Shown here piece by piece: positions 60,065-64,000 of a stretch of DNA of 64,000 nt. A program made the translations under genes and the position numbers. The DNA lies in assembly GCA_963722885.1 (NCBI GenBank), contig CAVROS010000001.1, positions 176,235 through 240,234 of the forward strand, read 5' to 3'. This DNA comes from an uncultured delta proteobacterium. Lineage in GTDB: Bacteria; Myxococcota_A; UBA9160; UBA6930. How positions within the stretch are numbered: position 1 is the first letter of the stretch; every line of letters begins with the position of its first letter. The notes below the pieces were generated by a model, which was given only the letters and a program-made list of their open reading frames with translations, had not been told where the DNA came from and did not search any database.

Positions 60065-61374
60065 CGTTCCGTGAAGATGGGAGCCTCGGGGAGCCCATGG
60101 GGAGCCCTATGGGCACCTTCCTCGGTCCATCCGTAGATTGCCCTGAGTTGAGCGATCTCGGTTGCGTCCGGCCAACGAGCTGGGTCGATGAATGAGTCGT
60201 AGACGTCCGTCATCATGCGGATGCTGGTGTGCCCCACCTCGCCGAACACCTGCTTCGGGTTGCGGCCGCATACCAAGGACGCGGTAATGAACGTGCGCCG
60301 GCACGCTTTCTGCGCGTCGCCCTCGCGCGGCGAAACCCGCGCCCTCTGAGTGGCAACAATCCATCCGCGCTTTCGCCAGCGCGAATAGTCGATCGGTCGG
60401 CCGTCAAGACCAGGGAAGACTCGGCCCTCTGGGCGTCCCAGATAGGACCGCTCCCGCTGTCGCATCAGCAGACCCACGAGTGGTTGTCGGATCGGGATCG
60501 ACCACTTCTCCGCCGTCTTCGTTGGCTCTTCGAGGTTGTCTTCTCCGCGAACCACTGCGCGGTGGATATGGATCTGCCCGCCCGTTAGCGACACATCCGA
60601 CCAGCACACTCCCGCAGCCTCACCCCAGCGGAGACCAGTCAGCACCATGAATTCTGTGGGCGGGAAGTACAACCCCTCGCTCTCGCTGCGCGGTGAGCGC
60701 AGGATATCCAGGAGGAGCTCCAGTTCCGAGGCGATGAACGGTCGGAATGTCACCCGCTTGGTCCGACTCGCGCGAATGGCCTTTGTAGCGCGCTTGGGGA
60801 GCGGGCGGTCCAGCGGGCTCTCGGCGATCAACTCGCGCTCTCGTGCGTCACGGAGCACCAGACGAAGCACTCCGAGTGTGTCCACCACCGTTCGATGGCT
60901 CTTGCCCTCGCGCTCAAGTTCGGTGCGCAGATCCAAGACGACAGCACGGTCTACCGACCCCAGCGGTAGCCCGCCGAAACGGCGGCAGAGGGCACGCACG
61001 ATATACGAGTAGTTCTGGTGGGTACGTCGACTCACGGTGGGCGGCTTGTATGACTCGATCCACTGCTCCGCCCACTCGCCGAATGTGTGCTCCGCCGTGT
61101 TCGGTGCTGCCTCGCTCGCCTGGCCGCCCCTCGCGTTGCCAGTGAGGAAGGAGAGATCACCCAGCGCGAAGCGAACATTCAGCTGCCGGATAATCTCATC
61201 GGCCAGCGCTTCGTCGTTGCCCGGAACGATTCGATAGCGCCGGACTCGTCGGCCTTTGACGGTACCCTGGCCGACTACCCGCAGCCGCCCCCGGTCGTCA
61301 ACCCATTTGCGCGCTCTCGCCAACGGCTCCCCTACCGCAAAAACGTGGCTATGCATCCTACCGGCAGTTGTCAT
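60046..61374 (-). CDS. Tyrosine-type site-specific integrase
   Basis: TFGEWAEQW SAM-like domain, TGLRWGE, PTKT, KACRRT, VGHTS, DVY; ATGA overlap with the upstream gene. Confidence 0.9.
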   Translation of the reverse strand: MTTAGRMHSHVFAVGEPLARARKWVDDRGRLRVVGQGTVKGRRVRRYRIVPGNDEALADEIIRQLNVRFALGDLSFLTGNARGGQASEAAPNTAEHTFGEWAEQWIESYKPPTVSRRTHQNYSYIVRALCRRFGGLPLGSVDRAVVLDLRTELEREGKSHRTVVDTLGVLRLVLRDARERELIAESPLDRPLPKRATKAIRASRTKRVTFRPFIASELELLLDILRSPRSESEGLYFPPTEFMVLTGLRWGEAAGVCWSDVSLTGGQIHIHRAVVRGEDNLEEPTKTAEKWSIPIRQPLVGLLMRQRERSYLGRPEGRVFPGLDGRPIDYSRWRKRGWIVATQRARVSPREGDAQKACRRTFITASLVCGRNPKQVFGEVGHTSIRMMTDVYDSFIDPARWPDATEIAQLRAIYGWTEEGAHRAPHGLPEAPIFTERKTPPS

Positions 61375-61688
61375 GCTCGGGAACCCTCTTTGATAATCAG
61401 TCGGGCGCGATCCTTCAGGCTGGTTGGGGCCGACTGGGTCGGAACAGCGCGATTCTCTTCGAGAAATTGAAGGAGATCCTGGAGGGCTACAGCAACCCCT
61501 TCGTCCACACGAATTGCCGGCAGACGGCCAGCAGCGATCCACCGCTCGACCGTCCGCAGTCCAAATCCAGTGGCCCTTGCCACCTCCCGAGGGCGCAGGG
61601 TAAGCCGCTCGGCGACGTCAATGGGGAGCCCGTACCGCGCGGCAAGGCGGCGGAGCTCCTCGAGTTGTCTGGACGGCGTCGTTCGCAT
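61371..61688 (-). CDS. Excisionase-like HTH protein
   Basis: RLTLRPREVARATGFGLRTVERWIAAGRLPA, an HTH_17/MerR-like pattern, directly before the integrase. Confidence 0.8.
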   Translation of the reverse strand: MRTTPSRQLEELRRLAARYGLPIDVAERLTLRPREVARATGFGLRTVERWIAAGRLPAIRVDEGVAVALQDLLQFLEENRAVPTQSAPTSLKDRARLIIKEGSRA

Positions 61689-61690
61689 TC

Positions 61691-61870
61691 CTACTCGTCG
61701 CGCTCGCTCTCGAACAGATCCGCCTGCGGCGGGTAGACCGGCTTTTCACCGGCCTCGGGTGCTGCCGCGGAGGCGGGGCCCTTCTTCCTGGCGCAGTCTG
61801 TTCGCGGCTTTCCGCAAAGCTCATGGTGCATCGCCGCCAGTCGGTCGATCCTGAAGCCGTGCTCCCTCAC
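61691..61870 (-). CDS. 59-aa small protein with C-terminal QADLF motif (absent from the ORF track)
   Basis: VREHGFRIDRLAAMHHELCGKPRTDCARKKGPASAAAPEAGEKPVYPPQADLFESERDE*; GTGA overlap upstream and a 2-nt gap to the xis start. Confidence 0.5.
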   Translation of the reverse strand: MREHGFRIDRLAAMHHELCGKPRTDCARKKGPASAAAPEAGEKPVYPPQADLFESERDE

Positions 61871-62001
61871 CGCGGAGCCTCGGAGGCGGCGCGGTCGCGC
61901 GCCGGACCCTCGCAGACTCCCAGTGCCGCAGCGGCGTCGTTCGGCCGCACGGCGAGCCGGCCGATCAGCTCGCCCGGACGTGCGAGGCTGGGCCTACTCA
62001 C
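61867..62001 (-). pseudogene. Truncated second excisionase-like ORF (44 aa)
   Basis: RLAVRPNDAAAALGVCE resembles the first helix and turn of Xis HTH proteins, then the similarity stops. Confidence 0.45.
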
Positions 62002-62410
62002 CGTGCGCCTCGGACCTCGTGGAGCTTCGGAAGATCCTCCGGCTCACGGTCCACAGTGGGCACCCCCGGATCTCACACCTTCGCGCCTCGGTCCTCTGCC
62101 AGGCGCAGCACTCGAGGCACTTGAGCTCGACGGCGGCGCGGTAGGAGGTGGTGGCCTGACCCGCCAGCTTCCGCCAGTGGTTTCTCCAGCGCCGGGGAAC
62201 GTTCTGGGGGAGGTTGAAGAGCGGCTGGAATCCCTTTCTGAGGTCCATCTCGGCGGGTTTTTCGCGGCGAGACGGAACGATCGCACCGGAAGACGCCTCA
62301 GCCCTCCGGCCCCTGGGCCGAGGATCCCCTGAGGCACTTTCCTGGCGGCTCGTGGCCGGAGTCTCGAGCGCGATGGACTCCCGGTCGGCCTGCCTTTCCC
62401 TGAGATTCAT
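61994..62410 (-). CDS. Small Cys-cluster (putative Zn-binding) phage-type protein
   Basis: AAVELKCLECC-x9-C-x4-CPLW near the C-terminus; start chosen at ATG 62410. Confidence 0.6.
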   Translation of the reverse strand: MNLRERQADRESIALETPATSRQESASGDPRPRGRRAEASSGAIVPSRREKPAEMDLRKGFQPLFNLPQNVPRRWRNHWRKLAGQATTSYRAAVELKCLECCAWQRTEARRCEIRGCPLWTVSRRIFRSSTRSEAHGE

Positions 62411-62745
62411 CCGTCCGTTCCGCGAAGGCGTGAAACGCCGGACATCCTGGGGTGAGCGAATCGTATCAGAACGGCGGTTGACACGGCCATGTTTCCGCGA
62501 CGGCGATGTACAACTTCGACGTTTCTGACACTTCCGACAGTCGGCTCGAATTGGGCCGGGATCGACACAAAGGTGAGTAGGGTTCTTGTCGGGTTGGAGT
62601 CGAAAAATCGTAATGCAAGATAAAGGAGTTGGAGTCTTCGCTGAGTTCCTCAGGTGTCGCGTGGACATGCGGGGTGGAGACCTCTGCGCCCCCGCAGCAG
62701 AGACTCCAACTGGATTCCCCGCGAGGCGGGGGCTGGTAGTGGCCG

Positions 62746-63090
62746 CGGATCGTGCTCGGGCGTGATCTCGATGGTCCGGATCCCGAGCTGCTCGAGCTTC
62801 TGGAGGGACCACCAGGGAAGGGAGTCGGCCTTCAGCATCGAGGCGTCGACATCCGGCATCAGAAGGTCGTCGTCGACGCGGATCTCGTGTCTGCACGGGT
62901 CGACGCAGATCAGCTCCACGCCCTGGGCCGCCAGCACCTCTTGGCCCTACCGGGACGCCTTTTCGTTCGCCCGAATCAGTAGCCCGAGCGCCGCCGTCCT
63001 GGAGTTGATCCGGGACAAGCTAACGCCTTCCAGCAGGTGGGTTCGGAGAATGGATCTCAGAATCGGCATCCTGATCGAGGCGAGGCGCGC
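62746..63090 (-). pseudogene. Decayed amidinotransferase/dimethylargininase-family fragment
   Basis: MPILRSI...LLEGVS...INSRTAALG...N...*..EVLAAQGVEL...LPWW...LGIRTIEI with an in-frame TAG at 62947; no intact start or end. Confidence 0.5.
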
Positions 63091-63121
63091 GCAACGAGTA
63101 CCTGATTCGCAGCCGGTAGAG

Positions 63122-64000
63122 TCAAACCACGCGCAGCCGGGCGACCTGAGAGCTGCAGCGGGAGCCGCGAGTATGTCCGCATTGTCGGAGGTGATCGACG
63201 TCGAGTACCGCGTCGCCGTCGACGTTCCCGTTCACATTCTCCGTGCCCGAGTCATTCATCACGGCGGTCTCGACCGGACGGGTGCCCAGGTGACGGCCGG
63301 CCTCCAAGAGGATCCGGCATGTCCCACCCGCACCCAGTCGCTCCTCCAAGGTCCAGGACAGGATCCGCCTTGAGAAGTTGTCGATCACCGCGTGAAGGTA
63401 GGCCCTGGTGCCATCCAGCAACCTGATGATGGTTACGTCAATGTGCCACAGCTCGTTCGGGGCGTTGGCACGGATGCCCACCTTGGGCTTTGCTGGGTAG
63501 AGACGGCGGCGCGGCCTTCGCCACCCGCCCTCTCGGACCAGCCGAGACCACGTCGACGGCGACGCGATAACTCTTCCGATACGTTGCGCATACAGTGCGA
63601 GTCCTCGGAGCGACAAGTGGCGATGGTCATCGCTTTCCACCATCTCCTTCACGGATCGCACCTCGGCGGCTGTCAGTCGAGTCGGCTTGCTTCGCGGACA
63701 GCTGGAGCGATCGTCAAGCTCGCAGCGAATCTCGGCGCGGCGCCAGCCGTGGAAACGGGACGGCGACAACCGCGCGATCCGCAATGCCACACTCAGCGGT
63801 ACCACCCTACTCGCTCGATCGATCGCCCGAAGAAGTGCTCGTTTCCCGTTGCCTTCGGCAAGTCTCTCGTGGTCCAGCCGGTGCTCCGATACGCGAAGCA
63901 TCACGACCAGCAGGCCGGCGATCGCCCCGAGTACAGCCACCCGATGACGCAGCTCCTGTATCTCGGCCAGGAGCTCCGTCTTTTCCACTGACAGGAGATC
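63122..64000 (-). mobile_element. DDE (rve-type) transposase, open at the window edge and apparently truncated at its 3' end
   Basis: PNELWHIDVT, AVIDNFSRRILSW, NDSGTEN; the segment carrying the catalytic Glu is missing after about 63217. Confidence 0.8.

Larger units (their letters stand above)
60023..64000. mobile_element. Left end of an integrated element (prophage/IME/satellite-like) at tRNA-Gly; continues past the window
   Basis: Integrase abuts the tRNA 3' end, followed by excisionase-like and small phage-type ORFs; visibly more A/T-ending codons; the far att site is not in the window. Confidence 0.8.

Overview
High-GC bacterial chromosomal segment. Gene content (PilZ proteins of the myxobacterial TIGR02266 type, DUF4388, a giant TPR protein, a Ser/Thr kinase, an extra Hsp70, NtrY/NtrX) points to a Myxococcota-like deltaproteobacterium; this is an inference, not a database result. 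The window contains tyrS, a complete rrn operon (16S-tRNA-Ile-tRNA-Ala-23S-5S), a displaced rplX-rpmG pair, purE, a minus-strand run Hsp70 / J-protein / thioredoxin-octaheme lipoprotein / UDG, yebC-ruvCAB, a TPR kinase, lpxC, an approx. 2,660-aa TPR protein with PilZ, ntrYX-rimI-pyrKD, and rimP-nusA-infB-rbfA-truB-rpsO-pnp-dut-cdsA-purF-glnA-like-puuD-like. It ends with nadB, a lytic transglycosylase operon and tRNA-Gly(GCC), followed by the start of an integrated element. About 20 frameshifts, including in nusA and pgsA, look like long-read indel errors. Best leads: (1) a sigma28/FliA-like promoter motif found five times, each before a lineage-specific signalling, chaperone or envelope gene, while housekeeping units carry sigma70-type promoters; (2) a lipoprotein fusing two thioredoxin folds to eight c-type hemes; (3) rplX outside the spc operon; (4) a perfect 31-bp palindrome; (5) unannotated small ORFs in the integrated element. 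All family calls come from motifs read by eye.
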